The position numbers and the translations under genes are program-made. Below, in pieces: positions 1-12,108 of a stretch of 64,000 nucleotides of DNA. A model generated the notes under the pieces. It had not been told where the DNA came from. It ran no database searches and was given only the letters and a program-made list of their open reading frames with translations. The DNA comes from Heteronotia binoei (taxonomy: Eukaryota). Location of the stretch: positions 82,584,001 through 82,648,000 of the forward strand of contig NC_083230.1 in NCBI RefSeq assembly GCF_032191835.1, given 5' to 3'. Positions within the stretch are counted from its first letter, which is position 1; each line of letters starts with the position of its first letter.

Positions 1-857
1 CTTCTGTTTTAACAACCACAGCAGGAGTTGACAATGGATCATCATATATCTAATTCTGAACTTGACCTCAGTGTGCAAATCAAAAATTCCACACAATAGA
101 AAGAGGAGATAGTCATATAGATTTGGAAGGAAACACGAGTTTGCAGGAAAGATCCTTTTTTTTTCTAAATAGGGGTTTAAACTTTCCTAAAACAGGAGAA
201 ATTATTATTGTGAGCTTTCAGTGCAACCACATGAGAGGTGGCTTGGAGCATAAGTTTGCCCTCTACCAATCAGATAGTCAGCACTTGTTGGGAGTGCAGT
301 TGTACATTCTATATAATGCAGTTTCAATCCACTTCAGATACTGTTTGAAAGTGGATGTGGCCATTTCACACAGCAAAATCCAATTGGAAAGTGCATTGAA
401 AGTGGACTGAAAATGTATTATTTAGTGTGTGCGACTGCACCCTGGGAGAGGAAGAATTGGAACAGAAAGTGTGTCAGGCAGACATTCGGCTCCAAGTCCA
501 AGGCTCCCTTTCCTCAGCTGCCAGAACAATCCCAAAAGTTCCCTGTTCATACAATTCTCTAGCTCTGCTTCCTTCTATATACACTTGGTTACTGAAGTTT
601 GCATGCAAATATGAGTTCATAAACAGCTGAAATTCCAATGGTGAAAAGAGGTCCAGGATAGAAAAAGCAATGGTCTGGCATCAGCTACTTTTGTGGTATG
701 ACTTTAACCACTTGCAGGTAGAGAAGTTTGTATCTCTCAGTGCTCCATCTGCCTGCAAGGTATAACAGTGTGTGTATCCCTCTGCTGGGTGGGCTTGCAG
801 GCTTTGTGTAGTTGACATAGTAACCATAACATAGCTCTAGAGTCTAGACCTTTGTAC

Positions 858-1087
858 CTCTTTTGTGGAGTTACTTCCTTTCCCATTTGGCTTGGCACTA
901 TATACTTTTCCAGTTTCTTCACAGAGGAAGGCACTATCTCTTCCTTCCTGCCGTCGTACGATGTGCCTGAATTTGCTAGGGATTCTCAGAGGAAGAGAGG
1001 GACTTTCTCTTCTTCTAATACTTAGAGGTTTAATGGGAAGGGAGATGCCATGCTTCCTTTTTATTATGATACACTCCTGTGTTGTGC
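858..1087 (-). other. Candidate internal coding exon (230 nt) of an unidentified minus-strand gene
   Basis: Acceptor ...gatctttctcctaag|G at 1088, donor ...AAAAGAG|gtacaa at 857. One frame is stop-free (TTQECIIIKRKHGISLPIKPLSIRRRESPSLPLRIPSKFRHIVRRQEGRDSAFLCEETGKVYSAKPNGKGSNSTKE). Non-repetitive sequence; no homology recognised. Confidence 0.3.
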
Positions 1088-2002
1088 CTTAGGAGAAAGA
1101 TCAAAATAACTAAAGACATTTGTGACTTCAGCAGTAAGCCATTTCAATCTTTCCTGCTTTTGCAGCTCCTATGGTTTTATCTTGAATAGTGTGATAATAA
1201 CCACATTGGTTTTGAATCAGCACAGAACTGAAACCTATGATTTCTTTAATCATTTCTCTATGTGCCAACCAGTACTGAAATCTCCACCACTTTTTTATTG
1301 AGTAAAATTTTGAGCTTATTTTTTAAAAGAATCATTAAAACACAATTAAAATCCCAGCTTCAAAAACTTCACCACAGAAGCCAGCCCACTGTTATCACCC
1401 AGTTTTAATGATGGTATCAACTGCTTTTTCTGTTAAATTTAAGAACTCACCTACAGACTTGGATCAGAGAGAACAAACCACATAATCAAAAGTTTTGCAA
1501 AAAGAGGCAATTAAGTAAGGGAATTAGAACTAGGCCTTATAGCCCACCAGATGTCTTACCCCCAGACTGCGCTAAGGAAGTGGTAATCATCTATCCCTTC
1601 CTGTCTGTAGTCAACCCCAAGCACCCAGCCTGCTTGTAGGCTGCACGCACGTATGCACACACACATACACACACAATCCCTTTTGGGTTTAGATGTGACC
1701 AGTTGCAAAGATTCAAGCAACAATAGAGTACCTGTTTTTTGTTCACTACATCACTTGCAGGGAATGGTCGTCCTTCACTAAGACATTCCCACAGTTAACA
1801 GTTGAGGCAGACCAGAGTCTGAGAAATTTGAAAATTATATACCATGGGTCCGCAGCTTATTTGAGCTTGTGGACACCTTTGGAATTCTTACACAGGTTAG
1901 TGGGTGTACCCACAAAATGGCTGCTGCTAACTCTAATAGTAATTCTTCAACATTTCAGGCAGAAGCTGTTTAACAGGATGCTTTTTCAAAAATGAACATA
2001 TT

Positions 2003-2579
2003 GGCCCTGTTCACACAGCGTGTGACCCCATTAATTAAACTGACCCGGTTCTGTTCCGAATATCTTTGTTCCGGATATTATCGATCAGGCTGCCATACTG
2101 CAATTCGAATCACTCCGCGGTGAAACCATCTTCTGCCGACCACACAGCAGCACCATGCAGTTCTTTTTCCCTCCACTTTTATGTGCATTATGCGCTTGTG
2201 CATATTATGTGCATTATGCGCATGCGGATAGCTTAAAATTATGTGATTATGCAGTTATGCGCATATCGCTAAGTAGTAAAAAAAAATGGCGACTGTAAAC
2301 CAGATGTCTGAGGCTCCTTTTGCTCCGGGACAGCCTTCAGACATCCGAAAGTTGGTCGAGAACTATCCAGACAGAGAAACTACGAAGTGAAACTGGGGAA
2401 CTAAAAAAAAACACCACAAAGGAGCAGGTAACAAAATACTCCGGTTCCGAGAAAGATTGGGGGGGGGGGGGGTACTATGAGTTAATACCGGGAGGCAGAT
2501 GTTGCTGTCTGATCAGCCACGTTTAATTCGGTATGAAACAGCAGCGACAACTGATTATACTGTGCGTCTGAACAGCCCC
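2003..2579. mobile_element. PIF/Harbinger-type non-autonomous DNA transposon (MITE)
   Basis: Ends GGCCCTGTTCACAC / GTCTGAACAGCCCC form a terminal inverted repeat (TIR); 3-bp TSD ATT (2000-2002, 2580-2582); CpG-rich; no transposase. Confidence 0.75.
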
Positions 2580-3028
2580 ATTGTTTAAAATATTTTCTTG
2601 CATACACACAGCTTATCTTCAGTAATACAGTGAAGGTCCTTGTGCGGTTGTGGCAGCTACTGCTGAAGTAACTTTTAAAAAATCTCCACAGCCAATCAGA
2701 TCTTCAATAGCTAATTTCCCACCTGGCCCCACCCACCTTCTAAAAACACTTGGGACCCCTGTGATAAGCTATAGCTCTTGTTACAAAAATCTCTTTAGTT
2801 CCATGGTTATATTCGTCCAAATAGATTTTGTGGATTCCTGAAGCAATAAAACCCTAACAGAGAGCACAGGACAGCAGGACACAAAACAATGAATAGGTAC
2901 ACCATGAGTTTAAAGAATATCTCCTGTGTCTCACATTTAACACAGCATGGGGACCCCAAAGCATCTTTCTCTAGCCTTAATTGGGAGAGGTCAATCAGTT
3001 CTTATTCCCAACTATCCCATCCTTCTGC

Positions 3029-3221
3029 TAAGGTTGCCAGCCTCCAGGTGTGGCGATCTCCTGCTTTTACAACTGATCTCCAGCTTGCAGAGAAAATGGC
3101 TGCTTTGAAGAGTGGACTCAATGGCATTCTATGATGCTGAGGCCCCTCCCCAAACCCCGCCCTCTCCTGGATCCACCCCCAAAGTCTCCAGATATTTTCC
3201 AACACAGACCTGGCAACCCTG
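3029..3221. mobile_element. hAT MITE, TAGGGTTGCCA-TIR family
   Basis: TAAGGTTGCCA...TGGCAACCCTG; 8-bp TSD ccttctgc/ccttctac. Confidence 0.8.
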
Positions 3222-3929
3222 CCTTCTACCTTTCCATTCTACCACCATTATTGGTGCCTTTTTTGTGGAAAGTTTGTACCTTTACATATCTGCATTCACA
3301 GCTTCACTATCATCTTTATTTCCTTTGCCAATTTTTAACAGAAGCCAAACCAGCAATTTAATGATTTCACCTCAGGCTGCCCTCTTTCTTGATACATTAC
3401 ACAGACATGATTTTGCAAAGTGTTCAGTTACGGGAAACATACTGAACTTGCATTCCCAAAAGGGAAGGCATTTAAAATATACTAATGCAGGCTACAAGCT
3501 AAATTGTGCTACATGTTGCTGTACAACTGTGAGGAATATGATGGGTTGTCATTTGCGGGTTGTCATTTGCGGGACTAGGTCTTGTATTTCTTTTGACATA
3601 TCCTCCACCCTAAGCTGTTACTGCAATAATATTAAAAATACTGTTAAACATCAGCCAGGTTAAGCAGATAATCTTGAAGATGTTATCTGGACCTTTGATC
3701 TAATTAATGATTTATGTAGCACTCCGTAGTTGATTCTTTCTAACATTTGGAGATCTCGGTAATGTATAACAGCTATTGGCTAATAGCAGACATATAAAGC
3801 TGACTATTGTGATCTTTGAAGTGAAACTTTAAATGCGTGTTCTAATCAGTGACTGCAATTTTGCTGCAGTCAGGATGTATGCATTCTCTGAAAATAAACT
3901 GTCAGGATGAAGATAGGTATACAATCCTA

Positions 3930-4275
3930 GAGTAATCACAGCTTGTTGCAGTGTGGATCCCATGCAGAAGTTTTCTTGAGTGACCAGTGATGGACCTCTC
4001 CTTGAATCTGTCTAATCCCCTTGTAAAGCCATCTATACCTATGACAATCACATCCACTGGCAGCAAATTTGATAGGTTAATCATTTGTTGAATGTAGTAT
4101 GTTTTGGTCTGTCCTGGATCTATTGCCCATCAATTTCATCACATGGTTCCACTGTTCTAGTATTATGGGAGTCAGAGGGAAACCTCTCTGAGTCCAACCT
4201 ATGCATATTTTCATAAACCTTACCTTAGTAAACTTTTCTCTAACCTGAAATGCCTCTTACTCTTTAACATTCCCT
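3930..4275 (-). mobile_element. Old CR1 LINE 3' fragment
   Basis: Decayed similarity to the 3' end of the CR1 ORF2 at 47030-49111. Confidence 0.6.
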
Positions 4276-4625
4276 CATAGGAAAGGTGCACCAAACCTCC
4301 CCCCCCCACAATAGGTTTAGCACTGCAGTATATTTTTGAGGTACAGTGACAAGAACAGTACCTTCCAAATATGGCCTAATCATACATCTGGGATCCCCAA
4401 ACTTTTTTGGCCACGGGCACCTTAGCAATTCCAATGCAGTTTGCTGGGTGCAACAATAAAATGGCTGCAATGGGAAACAGAGCGAACCATAAAATGAAAG
4501 CCACAGGAGGTGGAGCCAACCACAAAATGTCATGGAATGAATGTTGTGTGCTGCCTCTTTAAAAGGCTATCACAGAAGGCCTCAGAGCAAGCTGGAGAGT
4601 AGAAAAGACTGTGCTTCTCTTCTTA

Positions 4626-5647
4626 GGCCTTTTATGCACACACAACTTACTGCAGAGAATCTGAGCTGTCAAGACTTCAGTTCTTTTTCTCCAGTATTTT
4701 TACTTTGCAGTTGCTGCACTGCCTTCTCCCACAGCCCAACTGAAACTGGATTGTGGAAGAGGGCAGCCCAGCTGGGATGATAGCAGTGCATGGTGTAGGG
4801 TTGCCAAGTCCCCGGCTTCCTGTAGCAGGGGACTTTCGTGCACGCGACACAGTGATGTCACTCGGAAGTGATGTCATCAAAATGGCGGTGCGCGTGGGGG
4901 CCACTTTAGGTGTTTCTGGGGAAACTCTATGGTTTTCCTGGACGCTCTAGCCATTTGGGAGGTAATAACTCTATGGTACATATTGGCTAGAGCGTCCAGG
5001 AAAACCAGAGTTTTCCTGGAAACACCTAGAGTGGCCCTATTTGTGCACCACCATTTTGATGATGTCACTTCCAGGTGACATCATCATGCCAGCTATGTAG
5101 GGGGAGGGTTGGGAGCCTTCCGGGCAGGGGAACCCCTGCCCAGACCGGGGGCTTGGCAGCCCTAGCGTGGTGCGTCCTCATAAACATGGCTTTGCCTTCT
5201 TTGGCCACCTGGTTGAAATTGGGTGGCAAGAGAGGGCAGCCCAGCTGGAAGTCATTTAGAAAAATTTCTACAAGCAGCATGAGACTAGCGATAGACTCAT
5301 GTGGTTTGTAAAAAAATGTAAATGTGAAACGATGAGAGACACACCGATGAATGGCGGAAGGTACATAGTGGGTGGAATGACCTCGTTGTGGGTGGGAAGT
5401 GATCTTCAAGTGTCAGCAAAGGGGGGGGGGAATCTGAGAGAATCTGTATGTTTTTGAATTATCTTTGGCTCAGAAGTGAAATGAGAAAAATCAGCCCAAA
5501 ACCACTCTCAGAAAACCCAGGGAAACCCGGGAAAGCAAACTGTGTGTTGAAAGGGGTGAGGGTGAGTGGGAATCAATACAGAATGGGAAAAAAACCTGAT
5601 AGAGATGCATGGTGATAGTGAGGCAAAATGCCCATGCATAATAAGCC
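4626..5647. mobile_element. Possible Harbinger-like element hosting a nested hAT MITE
   Basis: Ends GGCCTTTATGCAC / ATGCATAATAAGCC are loosely inverted; flanked by TTA and TAA. Confidence 0.35.
4796..5164. mobile_element. Fold-back hAT MITE (TAGGGTTGCCA TIR)
   Basis: Near-palindromic along most of its length; TSD gcatggtg/gcgtggtg. Confidence 0.85.
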
Positions 5648-5959
5648 TAAATCTTCCCGCTAGCAGCCTGTAGTTGTGCGGAGCCTACTAAGAATCTGCA
5701 GAACCAGGCCAGGACAACCCTGACCTAGAACTCTAGAAACAACTTAATTAAGTATTGTTACTCCTTATTCCAAGAGCCAAGTTACCTGCCCTACAGCTAC
5801 TGCTAATAAAGAGGCCTTCAGCCAAATGAGACTGGTTGTTTGTTGTTTGCTTCACTACACAAACATGCAGTTATGCATGATTCTGGTAGGAGGTCTTCAA
5901 CACTTCAGGCAGAAGCTCTGTTTAACAGGATGCCTTTTTAAAATTAACATTTTATTAAA

Positions 5960-8900
5960 ATTATTTATATATATAAACTATATATATATAGTTTGTTTCC
6001 ATTTGTATCCCACCCTCCCCACCAAAGCCAGTAGGCAAACTAAAACATTAAAACCAATAAACAATCACACAGTAACATTAAAGTGCTATAGTACTGATGG
6101 CAGCATTCATATCCTCCAGCTACACGTCAGGTCTGAGGGCTGGATTTTGTGATGACCAGATCAGTCTGTCCAGGCAAGTACTAGATTCAATCAAAGGCTT
6201 GGTGGAAGAGCTCTGTTGTACAGGCCCTGCAGAATTGTAAAAGATCCCACAGGGCCTTAACATCCTTGGGGAGTTCATTCCACCAGCATGGGGATGCAAC
6301 TGAGAAGGCCCTTGCTCAAGTTGTAGCCAGGCTGGCATCTTTGGGAACAGGGATCGAGAGCAGATTTTGAGACCTGGACCAAAGTACCTTTTGGGGCACA
6401 TATGGGGAAAGGTAGTCCCATAGGTATGCAGGTCCCTGGCCATATAGAGCTTTAAAGGTAATAATCAGCACCTTGAAACAAATTTGGTATGCAATGGGTA
6501 ACCAGTGCAGTGCTTTCAGTGCAGGCTGAATGTGTTCCCATGAGAAACCCAATAACAGCCTGGCTGCAGCATTCTGCACTAGTGGAAGCTTTCAGATTTG
6601 AGACAAGGGCAGCCCCGTAGAGAGCATTGCAGTAGTCCAGTCTTGAAATGACCATAGCATGAATCACTGTTGTAAGGTTGCTGTGGTCAAGAAAGGAAAC
6701 CAACTGCCTAACTAGCCAGAGATGGTAAAAGGCCAGTTTGGCAGTGGTTGCTATCTTGGCCTCTATTGTTAGGAGCACTCCCAAACTCCTAACCCTTGGC
6801 ACTGGCAGCAACTGTGCCCCGTTGAACATCAGGAGTGAGATCCTCATCCTCAGACACCATGACTCAAGTACAGGATCTCCATCTTGGTCAGATTCAGTTT
6901 CAGTGAACTCAGTGTTATCGGAAATGCTTTGAGTCTCTTATTTTTAATGGGAAATTAGCTAAGAGACTTGGTAGAGCGAATTAGGAGTGAAGGATCTTTA
7001 CTGCAATGATACGGAGTTCAGGTTTTTAGCAAGAATACTCCAGGCAAGTATATTTTATAATGTTTTACTCAAAATATGTAAAAAGGTACATTCACACACA
7101 CAAATACACAATACAAGCAATCAAGAAGCTAGGAAGGATAGAGGGTATCGATAGAGATTTTAGGGATTGTTGAGGAGTGTAATAGTCACCTGATCCAGAA
7201 GAGGAGATGTCCATTTCAGCAGGAAAATTGGAGAGAGGGACAAGCACGACCAGCGTAGCAAGCCCTATGGACCCAATTACAGGAGTAACGGGGGGGGGGG
7301 GGTACAAACTGCAAATGGCACCCTACAGAATGCACATCTAAATGGGTTTCCAGCTTATGTTATATAGAGTTCTGAGGGGTGGGAGACCCTTTAGTAACTA
7401 AAGAGCCTTTAATGGCCCGGAGATGGCTCTCTTGAATAGATTCTTAATCAAAATAATTGATCAGGATTTCAAGGTATTCACTAAGAGGATGGCTCAAGGT
7501 GTAACTGGGTGCTTTGGTACCAGTTTGGTTTGACACTCGAAGAAATCTTCTGAGATAGACAAAAACTTGGAAAGGCAGGGTGGGTCTAATCAAGTAAGTG
7601 AATAGAAGTGGCTGGGTGAGGTAATGGGTCGAAAGAAGAGGCTATTGATAAGCAGTAGAAAATTAGGGTGTGAGCAATACTTACCAGCAGTCCCCATTGT
7701 TACTATGCATCCTGTTTGGGCAGAGGTGGAGGAACTAGGTGAGGTTGCACTTAGAGAGGCCTTCAGGTGGTAACCAGAACAAACTCTCTGCTGGATCCAC
7801 TCCATTTTAGATGGAGTGTTTTCTTGGCCTGTTCCTGGTCAGACTCCATTTTGTTTGAGAAAATGGGAGCCCCACTCTTTCTCTCTAGGTATTGGGGTGC
7901 TTTGTATTAACAGGCAGCGCCTCTCAGTATCATCAGCCTGAGCCAGCCAGCTGACCACTGCTTATAACTCCAGGTCCAGATTTTCTGGGTCTTTGTGAGA
8001 CTGGCTGCCCAACAGCTGGGTGTCATCTGTACATTGGTGACATCCCAGCCTGCGCCTCCAGGCAGTCTAGGTGAGGGAATGCATGTAGATGTTAAACAAC
8101 ATCAGAGAGAGAACAGCCCCTTGTGGCACACTGCATAATAGCAGGTACCTTTGGGACAGCTGCTCACCTACTGCCACCCTTTGTCCCCAACCTTAGAAAA
8201 AAGAAGAGAGCCACTGTAAGGCAGGCCCCTGAATCCCAGTGTCAGTGAGGTGGTGGATCAGTAACTGGTGGTTAACCATGTCAAATGCCACCAACAGGTC
8301 TAACAACAACAGTACTGCTGATGTGCCCCAATCCAGATGCCTTTGGAGGGCATCTGTGAGGGCGAGTAGTACCAACTCCATCTCATGACCTGGGTAGAAG
8401 CCTGACTGGTATAGATCTAATATGGAAGAGTCCTCCGTAACTGAATTGCCACCGCTTTCTCAATAATCTTGCCCAGAAAAGGCAAGTGTGACACCTGATC
8501 AATAATTTGCCACTGTGGCCAGGTTCAATGATGGTTTTTTCAAGAGAGGGTGAACCACTGCCTCCTTGAAAGCCCCAAGGAAAGTCCATTCATATAGGGA
8601 CTTGTTGACAATTTCTTTTAAGGGGTCTTGAAGCTCCACCCAGCTAGCTTTTATGAGCCATGATGGGCATGGGTCTAAACTGCAAGCGGCCAGGCAAACA
8701 GTAGAGAGGATTCTGTCAGCTTCCTCCAGTCAGAGTTGAGTGAACTGATCCAAAAATGGACCAGAAGACATGCATGGATCCTTGAGCTCTCTTACTGTCT
8801 CAACTGTGGTGGGGACAGCATGGTGGAGCAACAGGGCTTTATCTGTGAAAAAGCTTGCAAAAGCCATGCTGCCAATATCCAAGTCCTTAGCATTTGGTCT

Positions 8901-8960
8901 ACCCTGCGGCAAGATAGTCAAGGACTGAATGGTTCTAAATAATTGTGCTGGACACAAGTG
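5960..8960 (-). mobile_element. 5'-truncated, degenerate L2 LINE interrupted by a solo LTR
   Basis: Minus-strand ORF fragments match L2 RT and C-terminus (SRLDYCNALY, HWLPIAYQICFKVL, LLLLDLLVAFDMVNH); L2-type 3' end at about 5960-6000; homologous to the copy at 43968-45841. Confidence 0.9.
6913..7932 (-). mobile_element. Solo LTR, ERV1-like (4-bp TSD)
   Basis: TG...CA ends; perfect TSD TCAG (6909-6912, 7933-7936); removing it rejoins the L2 RT sequence; minus-strand TATA-like CTATATAA (7360-7367) and a T/G-rich U5-like end. Confidence 0.85.
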
Positions 8961-9339
8961 ACTTTTGAAAAGGAAACAAAATCTAATGTAGGGATGTTAT
9001 ACTTCCACCCTAGTTATAAAAATACATTTAAACTGGGAAGATCTGATGACTTCAGGAATAGTTCTAGTTGGGTACATTGTTTTATCTGTGCAAGTTAGAA
9101 TAAAGTCCCACTGTGTTTTTAGAAATCATCCTGTTTTTACGCAGGTAAAGTACTGAGCATAAAGCCACTGCGTTATACCATAGACATCAAAAACTAAAAA
9201 AAAAAAAAAAAACCCTCATGGCCTCAACCATTTTGCAAAAAAAAAAACCCAAACCCTTAGCAGGTGCCAGGAAATCCACCAGCAGACACCATGGCAGCCA
9301 TGGGCACCAGGTTGGTAGGTCTGTACAGAGGCTATACAG

Positions 9340-9630
9340 TCCCAAAAATCAAAGAAGCTTGTTGAGTGGAGACTTTAGAGAGGGCCTTTTCAGTGGCACC
9401 TCCAGGACTATGGAACAACCTCCCAAGGAACATGCACCTTTTAAACTTTAGGAGGCAGTTGAAGAAGGTTTTATTTGGGACTGCTTTTGGTTAAGCTTAC
9501 TAGCAGTCCCAAGTTGTGATTTTAATTTTGTTTTTAATGTATTTTATTCCACGAGTTTTATCTAATGTTGTAAGCTGCTGTGAGCTGTGTAAAAGAAGAA
9601 AAGCAGCTAACAAACGTTTTAATAAATACT
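9340..9630 (+). mobile_element. Old L2 3' fragment
   Basis: Decayed RAFSVAPP..WN..P-type sequence followed by an L2 tail ending aataaata. Confidence 0.55.
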
Positions 9631-9689
9631 TGACATTTTGTTTTTTGTTCCTTTCTAACAATCCATAGCATTGTTTGCTTTTTTCTATG

Positions 9690-10138
9690 CCCCTGCACAC
9701 CATTGACATTTTAATTGAGCTGCCCTTGACATCCCCAGCATCTTCAGTCTCAGCCAGTCCTTCTGACTTCATCAGCATATATGTGCACCACCTTAAACTT
9801 ACCAATACTGAACTCCATTTGCCACAGTTGCACACTTACCTGGTTTAGAGTAATACTCTTCAAGTTCTTCATAATTTGCTTTAGTTTACCCCCATCTCAT
9901 ACAATTTAGTATCATCTGCAAACCTAGCAAATGCTCACTGTGATGCCAGCTAATTTATGAATTAAATAGCACAAGCACCAATCTTTGTGGGATCCAGTGG
10001 GTCACTTCTCCCTATTCCAAGAATTGTCTATTTACTTCTTGTCATTCAACCATTTTTAATCAATGAGAGGACCTGTCCTCTTATTCTATGACTTATGAGT
10101 TTGCTGAGGAGTCTTTGATGAAGTACCTTGTGAAAGAC
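9690..10138 (-). mobile_element. Old CR1 RT fragment
   Basis: Decayed FADDTKL region (caatttagtatcatctgcaaa) colinear with the CR1 at 48100-48550. Confidence 0.7.
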
Positions 10139-10140
10139 AT

Positions 10141-10275
10141 ATGGTATAGCCCCATCTTGTCAAATCTCAGAAGCCAAGCACTGTCGGTACTTGGAAAGGA
10201 GACCATCCAGGAAGACTGCAGAGGCAGGCAACGGCAAACCACTGTTGCTTTCCACTTGTCTTGAAAGCCCTTTGC
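10141..10275 (+). mobile_element. 5S rRNA-derived SINE (5S-Sauria type), degenerate
   Basis: Head resembles the 5S rRNA internal promoter region (ccatcttgtcaaatctcagaagccaagca...gtacttggaaaggagacc) fused to the GGCAA.GGCAAACCAC body shared with Sauria SINEs. Confidence 0.65.
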
Positions 10276-10492
10276 TGCACATACTTTGTCTTCTAAGTCT
10301 CATATAATACCTACCAGATACCCATATCCGCATGCTTGATAACCCTCTTTTGTGTGTGTGTATGCATGCATGCGTATGCCTGGAAGTCATGGCTCACTTC
10401 TGGCAACCCCTATTGGGGCTTGGAGGCAAGGGACTTTCAGGGAGTGGCTTGCCATTGCCTGCCTGCCTGCGTCATGGTTCTGGTATTCCAAT

Positions 10493-10611
10493 AGGGTTGC
10501 CAAGTCCAATTGAAGAAATAGCTGGGGACTGTGGGGGTGGAGCCAGGAGACTTTGGGGGTGGAGCCAGATGTTAGGGGTGGAGCCAATATCAAGGCTGTG
10601 ACAAGCGCCAC

Positions 10612-10612
<1 letters not shown>
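10493..10612. mobile_element. Partial TAGGGTTGCCA hAT MITE abutting the CpG island
   Basis: TAGGGTTGCCAAGTCC end and GGGGTGGAGCCA internal repeats as in full copies. Confidence 0.7.
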
Positions 10613-11201
<589 letters not shown>

Positions 11202-11437
11202 TAGCTTCCAAGATCTGACAAGATTGGGCTTGCCAGGGCTATCCAGGTCAGGGCACTTGTTAATCCTCTTAAAAGAACTCTAACAACTTGATGGCATAGG
11301 ACTTTCCTTTGCAGAAGCCATGCCAATTTTCCCTCAGGAGGCCTATTCCCTCTTTGTGTTCCTAGTTCTTGCTAAATTCAGCATGGAATAGTTTGAAGAA
11401 AGCAGCACCAGTTGATATAATCATGTAATAACAAGAA

Positions 11438-11583
11438 GGGCCATGTCTCAGTGGTAGAGTATCTACTTGGCATGCAGAAGGTTCCAGGTTCAATCCTTGT
11501 ATCTTCAGTGAAAAGGATAAGGTCATAGATGACGTGAAAGATCTCAATCTGAGACTGGAAAGTTGCTTCTGAACTGAGTAGAC
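11438..11583 (+). mobile_element. tRNA-derived SINE (squamate family), truncated
   Basis: A box (ctcagtggtagag) and B box (ggttcaatcc) followed by a non-tRNA body. Tail fragments of the same family at about 12720-12785 and 43425-43495. Confidence 0.7.
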
Positions 11584-11612
11584 CAGAGGTGGGGAACTTT
11601 TTTTCTGCCAAG

Positions 11613-12108
11613 TAGGCTTCCCAATCCCCAGGTCCCAGCGGGGGATCCCCCGGTTTTACAGGCTTCCCCCCTCCCCCAGCCAGCTGGCCAGCGGGGGAAG
11701 CCCCACCTCCACAGCCATTATGCACCTCCATGAACAATTCCCATAGAGAATGATGGGGAATTTATCTGCGGGTATCGGGGGCTCTGGGGGGGCTGTTTTT
11801 TGAGGTAGAGGTGCCAAATTTTCAGTATAGCATGTAGTGCCTCTCCCCAAAATACCCCCCAAGTTTCAAAAGGATTGGACCAGGGGGTCCAATTCTACGA
11901 GCCCCAAAAGAAGGTGCCCCTATCTTTCATTATTTTCTATGGAAGGAAGGCATTTTAAAAGGTGTGCTGTCCCTTTAAATGTGATGGCCAGAACTCCCTT
12001 GGAGTTCAATTCTGCTTGTCACACCCTTGTTCCGGGCTCCACCCCAACGTCTCCTGGCTCCACCCCCAAAGTCCCCAGATATTTCTTGAATTGGATTTGG
12101 CAACCCTA
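11613..12108. mobile_element. Full-length TAGGGTTGCCA-family hAT MITE nested in a Charlie-like MITE
   Basis: TAGGCTTCCCA...TGGCAACCCTA; perfect 8-bp TSD CTGCCAAG. Confidence 0.9.

Noticed and set aside
737-934. 65-aa ORF MPSSVKKLEK...
   Set aside because: GTG start, preceded by in-frame stops, runs past the candidate donor; no recognised homology.
1732-1818. 87-nt minus-strand segment with acceptor (tttctcag|) and donor (cag|gtactc)
   Set aside because: Stops in all three frames; could be a UTR exon but cannot be supported without transcripts.
3112-3663. 183-aa plus-strand ORF
   Set aside because: Begins inside a hAT MITE and continues into AT-rich sequence with no protein-like signature.
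10141-10215. 5S rRNA gene
   Set aside because: Partial, diverged and fused to a SINE body.
1-10600. MIEF1 or altMiD51 (LYR motif) coding sequence expected from synteny
   Set aside because: Searched the minus strand by eye and in the ORF track and found none, so no gene symbol was assigned.
11438-11510. tRNA-like sequences (also 15673, 45327, 58765)
   Set aside because: SINE heads with non-tRNA bodies and broken cloverleaf; not tRNA genes.
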